Of a DNA stretch of 64,000 nucleotides, positions 43,373 through 52,883 are shown in pieces. The position numbers were made by a program, and so were the translations under genes. The stretch is from an uncultured Planctomycetota bacterium (GTDB taxonomy: Bacteria > Planctomycetota > Planctomycetia > Isosphaerales > Isosphaeraceae): NCBI GenBank assembly GCA_963737655.1, contig CAVTTN010000002.1:864001-928000 (forward strand), in the 5' to 3' direction. Under the pieces are notes generated by a model that did no database searches, was not told the origin of the DNA, and saw nothing but the letters and a program-made list of their open reading frames with translations. Positions within the stretch are counted from its first letter, which is position 1. Every line of letters begins with the position of its first letter.

Positions 43373-43547
43373 AACCGCCAAGTCGCCAGGAGCGCCAAGG
43401 GCCGAGGAGAGCAAGAGGAGAAGGAGTTCGGGAGGAAGAGGATCGAAACGCAGATTTAAGAATGTTATAGATTTTCAAATCTTCGTCATCTGCGTCTCGA
43501 TCCCCTTCCTCTCCTCCGCCCATGGCGCTCCTGGCGGCTTGGCGGTT
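43373..43547. repeat. Long composite palindrome (family C outer arms, B-like inner arms)
   Basis: aaccgccaagtcgccaggagcgcca / tggcgctcctggcggcttggcggtt enclosing gatcgaaacgcagat / atctgcgtctcgatc. Confidence 0.8.
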
Positions 43548-44583
43548 AGATCGGATTCGCGATCGAGGCGCAGGCCAATTCCTGATCTTCCGACGAGGCC
43601 GACGGGGCCGAGTGGGTCCGTCGGGGCGAGGCGCGGCGGAAGAAGCGTTCGAGGTGGTCGCGATAGCCCTCGGGATCGACCTCCCGGCAGCGGTTGTGCT
43701 TGGCCCCGGGGACCAGCCAGAGCCTCTTGGGCTCTCCGGCCAGGTCGAAGAAGGTCCGCGCGATGTCCGGGCCGATGTAGGCGTCGCGTTCGCCGTGGAT
43801 CATGAGCAACGGGCGGGGCGAGATCCTCGCGATGGCGCGCTCGACGTCCGGGAACCGGCGGTCGAGCCGCCACGCGGTCCTCATCCGCCCGGCCCATCCC
43901 ACGAACCGGTAGAACCCGAGCTTCGGCAAGTGAGTGCGCACGAACTTGCTGCGGACGTAGATCTCGGCCCAGCGTTCGATATAGGCATTCATCGTCCCTC
44001 GGGTGGGGAACGCGCCATCGGTCGCGACGGCCCAGACCCTCGGGTCGCGAGCGGCCACGCAGATCGCCGCCGAGCCCCCGCGACTCACGCCGAAGAGGCC
44101 GACGCCGGCCGGGTCGGCGTCGGGCCGGGCGCGGACGTACGCCAGCGCCGCCTTGACGTCGCGAGTCTCGCGATTCGACACCCACTGGAGCGGGTCGTAC
44201 CCCGGCTCGGAGTCGCTCCGGCCGTGGTTGCGGAAGTCGAAGGCGAAGAGGTCGAAGCCCAGGTCGCGCAACGGATCGGCATAGATCGACGCGCTGGCGG
44301 AATCCCCCAGGAACTCGTGGCAGAAGACGATCACGCCGGCCCGGGTCGGGGTCCGGGCCGCGTAATACGTGCCCGAGAGCTCCAGGCCGCCGGCGGTCGG
44401 GAACCGGACGTCCTGGCCGTCGGGGCAGGGGGCCGCCTTGAGCGGCTGGAGGACGGGCGTCTCCTCGAAGATCCGGCCGACGATCGGCGAATACTTCAGC
44501 CAGAGGTACACCAGGAACAGCCCGAGGGCGGCGAGGGCCGGGATCAGGATGTAGAGGACCAGAGGAAGGGCGCGACCGGACAC
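43546..44583 (-). CDS. Membrane-anchored alpha/beta hydrolase (possible thioesterase or acyltransferase)
   Basis: N-terminal TM helix; FDFRNHG.S, GVSRGG, HGERD, GAKHN. Confidence 0.88.
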   Translation of the reverse strand: MSGRALPLVLYILIPALAALGLFLVYLWLKYSPIVGRIFEETPVLQPLKAAPCPDGQDVRFPTAGGLELSGTYYAARTPTRAGVIVFCHEFLGDSASASIYADPLRDLGFDLFAFDFRNHGRSDSEPGYDPLQWVSNRETRDVKAALAYVRARPDADPAGVGLFGVSRGGSAAICVAARDPRVWAVATDGAFPTRGTMNAYIERWAEIYVRSKFVRTHLPKLGFYRFVGWAGRMRTAWRLDRRFPDVERAIARISPRPLLMIHGERDAYIGPDIARTFFDLAGEPKRLWLVPGAKHNRCREVDPEGYRDHLERFFRRASPRRTHSAPSASSEDQELACASIANPI

Positions 44584-44748
44584 GGGACGACTCCCAGGTG
44601 CATTGCCGAGGGGGGGTCCGACGGACCCGGGACCGGCAATGCTGAAATATCTTGCCTGGAGCGCCGGAATTCAAATCCGGCGCGGGGGATTTTTCGGATT
44701 CGGGGGCGGGGAGGGGGGTTCGGCGGGACGGGAGGGCGGCCGACCCGC

Positions 44749-46038
44749 TCAGCCGGCGGCCCGGCGGAGGATCAGCGTCACGTTCTGGCCGCCGAAGCCG
44801 AAGCTGTTGGAGAGCGCCACGTCCACCGCCTTGCGGCGGGCCACGTGGGGGATGTAATCGAGGTCGCAGTCGCTGTCCGGGTTGTCCAGGTTGACCGTCG
44901 GCGGCATCAGGCCGTCCCTCATGGCCAGGAGGCAGATGATCGCCTCGACGGCGCCTCCGGCGGCGATCAGGTGGCCCATCATGCTCTTGGTGCTGGAGAT
45001 CGGGACCTTGTAGGCGGCCTCGCCCAGCGATCGCTTGAGGGCGAGGGTCTCGATCGAGTCGTTCACGGACGTGCTGGTCCCGTGGGCGTTGATATAATCG
45101 ATGTCCTCGGGGTTCACGCGGGCCTCGGTCATGGCCTCGCGGATGGCGGCGATGGCCCCCCGGCCTTCCTCGTGGGTGTCGGTCAGGCGGAAGGCGTCGG
45201 CCGTGGAGCCGTAGCCGGCGATCTCGCCGTGGATGGTCGCGCCACGCTTCTTGGCGTGCTCATATTCTTCCAGGATGAGCATGCCGGCCCCTTCGCCGAG
45301 GATGAAGCCGTCGCGGTCGCGGTCGAACGGGCGGCTGGCGCGGTGGGGCTCGTCGTTGCGGGTGGACAGGGCGGTCAGGAGGTTGAAGCCGGTCACTCCG
45401 AAGGGGTGGATCATGCTGTGGGTGCCGCCGGTGAGGATCGCGTCGGCGTCCCCCCGGCGGAGGATCTCGGTCGCCTCGCCGATCGCCTGGGCACTCGCGG
45501 CGCAGGCGGTCAGGCAATTGGCGTTGACCCCCCGGGCGCCGTAGAGGGCGGCGAGGTGGCCGCCGGGCGTCCCGGGTTCCTGTTCCGATTCCTTGATGGG
45601 ATGGAGGCTCTTGCGCCCTTCGCGGGTGAACTCGGCCGTCTGGACCTTGTTCTCCCGGCTGCTCCGGTGGACGAGGTCCACGAACCGGGGGAAATCCTGC
45701 TGCCCCTCGCCCGAGCCGAGGTAGATGCCGAACCGAGCGCGGTCCAGCCCCGGGAAATCGAGCAGGCCCGACTCCTTCACGGCCATCGACGACGCCGCGA
45801 TGGCCAGCACCGTGTTGCGATTGTGGTCCTTCCACCTCTCGGCATCGGCCCCGATGTAGGAGGAGAGGTCGAAGTCCTTCACCTCCGCGGCGATCCGGGT
45901 CGGGAAGGCGGCGGCGTCGAACAGGGTGATCGGACCGACCCCGCTCCGGCCTTCCTGGAGGGCCGCCCAGGTCGATTCGACGTCCCGGCCGACCGGGGTG
46001 ACCATTCCCATCCCCGTCACGACCACTCGGCGATGCAT
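44749..46038 (-). CDS. fabF: Beta-ketoacyl-ACP synthase with intact Cys-His-His
   Basis: RRVVVTG, TACAA, RPFD..RDGF.LGEG, NAHGTST, KSMMGH, SNSFGFGG. Confidence 0.92.
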   Translation of the reverse strand: MHRRVVVTGMGMVTPVGRDVESTWAALQEGRSGVGPITLFDAAAFPTRIAAEVKDFDLSSYIGADAERWKDHNRNTVLAIAASSMAVKESGLLDFPGLDRARFGIYLGSGEGQQDFPRFVDLVHRSSRENKVQTAEFTREGRKSLHPIKESEQEPGTPGGHLAALYGARGVNANCLTACAASAQAIGEATEILRRGDADAILTGGTHSMIHPFGVTGFNLLTALSTRNDEPHRASRPFDRDRDGFILGEGAGMLILEEYEHAKKRGATIHGEIAGYGSTADAFRLTDTHEEGRGAIAAIREAMTEARVNPEDIDYINAHGTSTSVNDSIETLALKRSLGEAAYKVPISSTKSMMGHLIAAGGAVEAIICLLAMRDGLMPPTVNLDNPDSDCDLDYIPHVARRKAVDVALSNSFGFGGQNVTLILRRAAG

Positions 46039-46090
46039 GGCTTGATCCCTTCGGCTCGGTTCGGCTCGGCTCGGCGGGTCTCGTCTCGGC

Positions 46091-47449
46091 TCAGCCCTTG
46101 CCGGCGAGGTCGGTGATCTCGGTCTCGTCGGCGGCCTCGTCACCGAGGCCGGGGTTGCCCTTGACGACCAGGGCCGCGGCCTGGCCGTGGCGGGTCAGGT
46201 TCGTGTTCACGAAGATCGGGTTGTGGGTCGGCCGGGCCGAGCCGGTGACCAGGTCGAGCCGGAACTCGGGGTCCGGGTCGTCGCAGTTGACGATCGCGGG
46301 GATCAGCCCGCGATTGGCGGCCAGGAGGCTGCCGATCAGCTCGACCGCGCCGCAGCCCGAGACGAGGTTGCCCAGGGCCCCCTTCATCGCGGTGACCGGC
46401 ACCTCCTCGCCGAACACGCGGTTCAGGGCGCGGGCCTCGGCGGAGTCGGAGGCGACGGTGGCCGCCCCGTGGGCGTTGACGTGGCCGACCTGCGAGGGCT
46501 CGATCCCGGCATCCTTCAGGGCGGCCCGCAGGGCGACCTCGGTGCCCACGCCCTCGGGATCCAGTCCGCCTCCGGGGCGGGCGTCGCAGCCCGAGCCATA
46601 GCCGAGGATCTCGCCGTAGATCCGCGCCCCTCGGGCGATGGCGTGCTCGCGTTCTTCCAGGATCAGGATGCCGGCGCCCTCGCCGGGGACCCAGCCGGAG
46701 CGCCTGCGATCGAAGGGGCGGCAGGCGGCCGAGAGATCCCCCTCCCACCTCGACATCTGATCCAGGAGGCTCATCCTCACCAGGCTCAGCGGGTGGATCT
46801 TCGAGTCCGCCCCTCCGGAGATCATCACGTCGGCCCGGCCCTTGGCGATGATCCGGAACGCCTCGCCCATCGCCACGTTGCTCGCCGCCTCGGCCTCGGT
46901 GATCGAATTGCTGGGCCCCTGGCAGTCCCACAGGATCGAGATATGACAGGCCAGCATGTTCGGCAGATATTTCAACAGCCAGATGGGCGGGATCAGCGGC
47001 AGGCCCTCGCGGCCGTAGACGGCGAAGTCGAAGGAGCCGTCGGGGTGGGTGGCGAGGTTGATGGCCGGTGCGAGTTCGTCGAGCTCGGTGGAGATCAGCC
47101 CGGCGCCGAGGTCCACGCCGATCCGGGTGGGATCGACGCCGCCCTCGGCCAGCCCGGCGTCGGAGATCGCCATCTCGGCGGCGGCGACGGCGAGCTGGAT
47201 ATCCCGGGCCATGTACTTGAGGCTTTTTTGCAGGGGCTTCCTGTGCTTGGGGACGGCCAGGGCCCGGGGGTCGAAGCCCAGGGCCTCGGCTCCGGCCTCG
47301 CAGGGCAAGCCGTCCACCGGGAAGCTCTGGATTCGCTTGACCGCGCCGCGGCCCTCGGACAGGGCCGCCCACGTCGGCTCCAGGCCGATCCCGAGCGGGC
47401 AGATCAGGCCGATCCCGGTGATCACCACCCGGCGTTCGTCGTTCCGCAT
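46091..47449 (-). CDS. Catalytically altered KS homolog (chain-length-factor-like)
   Basis: KS fold motifs RRVVITG, RPFD, GEGAG, NAHG retained; catalytic Cys position reads TEAEAA and second His reads KGALGN. Confidence 0.85.
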   Translation of the reverse strand: MRNDERRVVITGIGLICPLGIGLEPTWAALSEGRGAVKRIQSFPVDGLPCEAGAEALGFDPRALAVPKHRKPLQKSLKYMARDIQLAVAAAEMAISDAGLAEGGVDPTRIGVDLGAGLISTELDELAPAINLATHPDGSFDFAVYGREGLPLIPPIWLLKYLPNMLACHISILWDCQGPSNSITEAEAASNVAMGEAFRIIAKGRADVMISGGADSKIHPLSLVRMSLLDQMSRWEGDLSAACRPFDRRRSGWVPGEGAGILILEEREHAIARGARIYGEILGYGSGCDARPGGGLDPEGVGTEVALRAALKDAGIEPSQVGHVNAHGAATVASDSAEARALNRVFGEEVPVTAMKGALGNLVSGCGAVELIGSLLAANRGLIPAIVNCDDPDPEFRLDLVTGSARPTHNPIFVNTNLTRHGQAAALVVKGNPGLGDEAADETEITDLAGKG

Positions 47450-47576
47450 GGGCTTTTGGAGTGCCTTGGAGAGCGGGGGGCGAAGGGCTCACTGCTGAGT
47501 AAAGGATCGGGACTCCTGGCGTCGGTCTTCCGGCCTTTATTCGGCATTCAGCACTCCGCACCACGCACTCAGCACC

Positions 47577-48125
47577 TTACTCCTGGGATTGTCCGTTGGC
47601 GGACGAGGCGGACGCGAGGGCGACGGCATCCGTCTGGCCGTCGACCTGCCGGGCGCGCTCCTGGGCCTGGGCCAGGTGGAGCACCCCCAGCAACTGCTGG
47701 GTGAAGACGAAGTTCTTCGGACCGAAGATCTGATTGGATCGGGACTGGTCGAGGTGGGCAAAGACGATCTCCGCCTCGGCCAGGAGCTCGCCGTCGAGGA
47801 ACACCTTGGCGTCCACGACGGCCCCCTCGGCCCGGAGGTCGGTGAGGGTGACCTCATAAATCAGCTGATCGCCCGCGCAGGCCACCCCGTGGAACTCGGC
47901 CCGGGGGATCTTGGCCAGGACGACCTTCTCGGCGAACCCGTTGGCCTCGCCCACCAGGATCCCGCCGGTCTGGGCCAGGCCCTCGATGATCAGGGAGGCC
48001 GGCATGACCGGATAGCCCGGCAGGTGGTCGTGGAGGTGCTCCTCGGCCAGCGTCAGGTTCTTGATCGCGCGGGCGAACTGCCCGCTGCGGAACTCCAGGA
48101 ACTTGTCGATCCAGATCCATCTCAT
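47577..48125 (-). CDS. FabZ-like 3-hydroxyacyl-ACP dehydratase
   Basis: KNLTLAEE, DHLPGYPVMP..LIIEGLAQ, GDQL. Confidence 0.88.
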   Translation of the reverse strand: MRWIWIDKFLEFRSGQFARAIKNLTLAEEHLHDHLPGYPVMPASLIIEGLAQTGGILVGEANGFAEKVVLAKIPRAEFHGVACAGDQLIYEVTLTDLRAEGAVVDAKVFLDGELLAEAEIVFAHLDQSRSNQIFGPKNFVFTQQLLGVLHLAQAQERARQVDGQTDAVALASASSANGQSQE

Positions 48126-48236
48126 GGTCGAGGAGTCCGCCGGACAGGGACCGGACCTCCGGGGCGGGGCGCCGGCCCCGCCCGGAGCCGGGCGGTGGGA
48201 TGCCGAACGGATCGGTCCCGATCCGTTCCATGGGGT

Positions 48237-48626
48237 TCAGACGGCCGCGCCGAGCTTGCTGGAGACGTACTGGACGAGCATGTCCACCGTGTAGAGGTCG
48301 AACAGCTTGTCCACCTCGGGGTTGGCGGCGAACTCGGAGAGGTCGGCGTAGGGCATCCGCTGGCGGATCTCCTCCAACCCCTTCGTGGTGAGCTTGCCGT
48401 CCTGGACCATGTCGGGGTCGGAGACGTTCTCGGGGAAGAGCTCTCCGCGGGGGATCTTGATCCCGAAGTTCCGCTCCAGGCGGAAGACGATGTCCAGCAA
48501 GTCGATCGACTCGGCGCCGAGGTCGGAGAAGAGGGTGGCGTCGCGGGTGACGTCCTCCTCGTCCACGCCCAGAGCATCGACCAGGGTGGACTGAACTTTC
48601 TGGTAGATCTCGTCTTGCGTCGGCAT
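48237..48626 (-). CDS. Acyl carrier protein, elongated (129 aa)
   Basis: DLGAESIDLLDIVFRLE..FGI.IP; acidic; C-terminal TV..LV.YV helix after an insertion. Confidence 0.9.
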   Translation of the reverse strand: MPTQDEIYQKVQSTLVDALGVDEEDVTRDATLFSDLGAESIDLLDIVFRLERNFGIKIPRGELFPENVSDPDMVQDGKLTTKGLEEIRQRMPYADLSEFAANPEVDKLFDLYTVDMLVQYVSSKLGAAV

Positions 48627-48891
48627 AACATCCTCGAAAGTGCGGGAAGCCAATCCCATCCCACCGCGGGGACGACGTGCGGAGAACGCCGCGAAGTCGG
48701 CGGGGCTGGCCGGAGGACCGACTTCGGCTCGGGGCCGGAACCGGACGACCATCCCGGGGTCCTGGCAGGCCAATCAGGGGCGGGCGAAGCGCCAGACCCG
48801 GACCGATCCCGGGCCGGGGGGCCGGCGCGACCCGGCTATCTTGATAAAAATCGGCCGACCTTGCAACATCATCGGACGGGCGACCGAGAAA

Positions 48892-49440
48892 CTACAGCCC
48901 CGATCGACCGATGGCCACCTCGGGCTTCGGCTCCGGCCCGCTGATCCGGACCATCGCCTTGGCCCCCACGGAGCCCTTCCGCAAGGTCCCGTACAGATCC
49001 CGCAGATGGCCGACGATCGCCGCGTCGGTCGCGTGGAGGGCCGGGTCCTTGTCTCGCAAGTTGTAGCGGGTCACGGTGATCCGGCCCTTGACCATCACCT
49101 GATCGTCAATCCGCCCCTCGCCCTTGAAGCTGGTCTCGACCGGACCCGACTTGTCGATCTCGACGAACAGCCGGAGCTGACGGCCGGGCTCGACGAAACT
49201 GCCATATTTGATCGTCTTGGCGCTCTTCAGGACGATCACGCTGTGCGCGAAGTCCTCCGAGGCCCGGATCAGCCAGGCCCCGGCCTGCGTGAGGGCCTCC
49301 AGCATCAGCACGCCCGGCATCACGGGGAAGCCGGGGAAGTGGTCGGCCAGGTACTCCTCGGCCAGCGAAAGGTTCTTCACGGCCACCAGCGATTGGCCGG
49401 GGACGAGCTCGAGGATCCGGTCGATCAAGACGAATCGCAT
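48892..49440 (-). CDS. FabZ-like 3-hydroxyacyl-ACP dehydratase
   Basis: RFVLIDRI, KNLSLAEEY, DHFPGFPVMPGVLMLEAL.Q, FVEPG. Confidence 0.9.
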   Translation of the reverse strand: MRFVLIDRILELVPGQSLVAVKNLSLAEEYLADHFPGFPVMPGVLMLEALTQAGAWLIRASEDFAHSVIVLKSAKTIKYGSFVEPGRQLRLFVEIDKSGPVETSFKGEGRIDDQVMVKGRITVTRYNLRDKDPALHATDAAIVGHLRDLYGTLRKGSVGAKAMVRISGPEPKPEVAIGRSGL

Positions 49441-49719
49441 GGATGGTCTCGCGGGGCGAGCGGTGGCCGAGGCTCAAGGGCATCGAGGGGGGCGAGGCGG
49501 GCGCCCCGCGAGCGATACCAGGTTCCTTTATCGGAGCGGCCCATTGTAGAAATCAAGTCGCCATGTCGCAAGGGGTTCCGCCTTGAGACCGAAGGGCCGA
49601 TCTTCCCTCACGCCCGGCCGATTTCCCCTCGGCCGTATCCGAGAGCCTCGCCCGCCCTTATAATCGGGGATGACACGGGTGCCCCGGCGGGCCCCGGAGG
49701 CTCTCGGAGGCGAAGACCG

Positions 49720-51548
49720 ATGGCCGTGGCCGCTCTGGGGATCGTCTTGATGGGCCTGGGGCCGGCGTCCGCCCCGGCGTGGTCGCCCGACGGCCGGTGG
49801 TTGGCCTACGTCGAGGAGGCCGGACCCTCGCCCAACGCCCTCGCGCCGGGCTGGCTGTTCCGGCCATTCGACGCCCCCTCCGCAAACGACCGGATCGACC
49901 CAGCTCCCGCCGATCGCCCATCCGGCCCCTTCCGCCTCTGGGCGACCCGGCCCGATTCGGGCGAGTCGGTCCTCCTGGACGAGTCCCGCTTCCCGATGAC
50001 CCCTCCGGCCTGGAGCCGCGACGGCACCGCCCTGGCCTTCGGCCGGATCGCCCGGGGCGAGGGCCGGACCTTCCGGTTCGAGGTCGTCGTCCAGGACGCT
50101 CCGGACCGCAAGCGCATCCTCCACTCCGAGCCGATCCCCGGCGACCCCGGCCCGAGCGACCGCCTGGCCGGCCTGGCCCCGGCGTTCAGCCCGGACGGCC
50201 GCAGCCTGGCCGTCCCGATGTTGTCACCGAGTCCGGGTTTCGCGATCTTCCGCCGAGAGGGCGGGCGGCCGGTCAAGACGATCGATCGGGGCATGAAACC
50301 CTGCTGGTCTCCCGAGGATGGCAAGCTCGCCTTCTTCCGGGGCGGGGCCGAGCCCGGCGTGTTCGTCCTGGAAGGGCCGTTCGGCGACCCTCGGAAGCTC
50401 GCCGAGCTGGCCGCCGATTCGGTCGAGGCGTTGCCCGGCCCGTGGTGGAGCCGCGACGGCCAGGCCGTCCTCTTCCTCCGACGCGCCCCGGCCGCCGCCC
50501 GGGCCGAGGTCCGCAAGGATGGGCTGATCCTGTCGAGGATCCGCGTCGAGAACGGCCAGATCGAATCGACCGTCGAGATGACCCACGACGAGATCCCCAC
50601 CGATCGGCCTCTCCTGGGGGCCTGGCTGGGCCTGGACCCCGACGGCGAGAACCTGTTCCTCTCCTCGGCCGTCCCGGGGCAGGTCACCTATCAGATCACC
50701 TGGTGCGCGGGGAAGCCCGACGAGGTCCGCAAGCGGTTCAACCCGTTCGACCCGTCGGCGACGGCCGGGGCCCTGGCGGCCTGGCCGAGCGGCCGGGGTC
50801 TGGCCCTGCGGATCTCGGCCGGGGGCGGCTGGTCTCCGCCCGCGTTTTGCGAGCCGGAAACCGAACGCTTGACTCCTCTTGCGCCCGACGCCGCGTCCCG
50901 GGCCGCCTGGCGGGGGCTGGTCCTGGCCGAGGTCGCCGGGCTGCTCCGCCGCGTCCCCCCGGCCCGCACCGACGACGGCCAGAGCGTCGAGAGGGCCAGC
51001 CGCCTGCCCGTCCCCGGCGAGATCGATCCCGGAGACCCGCTGATGCTCCGCCTCCGCCGACTGGCCCGGATCGGCCTGCCCCTGGTCGATCCCGGCTCGC
51101 CCGACGGCGACGAGGCCCGGCTCCTTCTTGCCTATCTTGCCGATGACGCCTCGGCGGCACTCTCCGCCCTGAATGCCCTGGACGCCCGCGCCGCCAACGC
51201 CGACCAACGGGCGAGGCTGATCGCGGTCCGGGCGCAAGTCCTTCTGGCCAAACGGGATTTCGATCGGGCCGGCGCACTCATCGGCCATCTGGCGAAGGGT
51301 TCGGGCAGGCCGTCCCTGGAAATCGTCGAGACCAGGAATGGGCCCGGCTCCAACCGGTGGCGGACCCGAAGGCGGCCTGGCCCGGGTTCCTTCGCGCGAA
51401 GCTGGAAACGCTCAAGAAGGCCCCCCACCCGCCGGTGATGGGGTCCGAGATCGACGGCGATGCCGAGTTCGAACGAATTCGTCCGGCCGTCGAGCCCAAC
51501 GCGCTGCCGCCCGACCTGCCCGTGGCCCCCGCCCCGGTGCCGTTCTGA
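49720..51548 (+). CDS. TolB/PD40-like beta-propeller protein; apparent frameshift near 51340
   Basis: Repeated PAWSPDG, PAWSRDG, PAFSPDG, PCWSPEDG, WSRDG. Confidence 0.75.
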
Positions 51549-51580
51549 GGGCCGGGGCGGCTCGATCGGAGGCCCCGGAT

Positions 51581-51598
51581 GGTGCATCGCATGCACCC
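51581..51598 (-). repeat. REP family F degenerate copy
   Basis: ggtgcatcgcatgcaccc. Confidence 0.6.
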
Positions 51599-51604
51599 AA
51601 CGCC

Positions 51605-51775
51605 ATGAATCGTTATGCGTTCGCCCGGAGCCTGCAATTGCTGGGCCTGATCGTCGCCCCGTTGGGGATCGCCGCGGAGTTGAACGATCAGATCACCCTG
51701 GGAGAGTCCCTCCTGGTGGGGATCATCGGCGTGGGCATCTTCATGATCGGCCACTCGATGCAGCCGAAGCGGTGA
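51605..51775 (+). CDS. Small two-TM membrane protein
   Basis: 56 aa MNRYAFARSLQLLGLIVAPLGI...GVGIFMIGHSMQPKR. Confidence 0.65.
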   Translation: MNRYAFARSLQLLGLIVAPLGIAAELNDQITLGESLLVGIIGVGIFMIGHSMQPKR

Positions 51776-52883
51776 AGAGCGGGGGTCGGGGCGCATCGGT
51801 TCGCTCGGGTTCGGTGGGTCGGACGATCGGCCCGCCACTCGGGCCCGCGACCCTCACCATCGCGACCCAGGCCCCCGACGATCAGCCAATCCGACCGCGT
51901 CTCGAATCGTTCACTTGCCGACATGCCAATCCCTAGCGTCTTCGGCCAAGTCCCGAGGTGCGCGCCTTCCGGACGATTTTTTGTCCGGGAATTCTTTCGG
52001 AGACGATCGACGGAACTCGTTGGCGAGCCAGGTTTTTCGAGGATTCTTGTCAAATATCTAGAAATGCGGTCTGATGCGTGCGCACTCGTCGCTGGCATCG
52101 AGCAAATGGCGGTTTTTTCAGGCCCAGGGGCGGCTCCGGCCGGAATTGTGTAGTCAACTTGTTGGAAATTCGCGCTCTAGCAACTTTTAAATTTATAATA
52201 TGTGAAATCATTCCATATTATCGATAACTCAATTCCAACCACCTCGGCATTCGGAGCGTCACGGGTTCCCCGGGCGGATCGACCCGGGGCCTGCCCGACG
52301 AGTAGGATTCGTTTCGATGCGTTTCGTTCGGCGACCCGCCTTGCCCTGTGGCAGGGACGCCCGGATTGGTGGCATGGTGGTTGAGTTGTTCAGGAATTCT
52401 TGATCGTCGATCCCGATTTGGGGCCGGGCCCGGGCGGTTTCGAGGTTCGGGTCGTAGATGATGGGGATCGAGCCCGGCGATCCTCGGTCGAAATCGCCCT
52501 TGGATTGGGCGTGATCGCCCGGGATTCCGGCAGCCGAATTGCGGATTGTGAACTGGGGCCCTTGATCCCGATGTGGAAATCGGGAATTGTGGGTACTCGG
52601 CACTTCGTTTGCCTGGAGATGCGCGGCCGAGTGCATGGGTTTGTCGCCAAAGTGGGATGGGGGGATTGTCCCGGGGGTCGACGGGGTGGAGAATGGTACA
52701 TCCACTCAGCGAATCCGACGGTCGCGAATGAGGGGAGATCACGCGAGGGGTTCGGTCGCGATAAATGTCCTGGGATGAGGCGAGCGCTCGGCCGGCTTGG
52801 GCCGTCGGGGACAACGCCGCACCCGACAACCCGGCGGGCGTCCTGAGCGAGCGTCTCGGGCGGCCCGCATGGAGGCAACGCTC

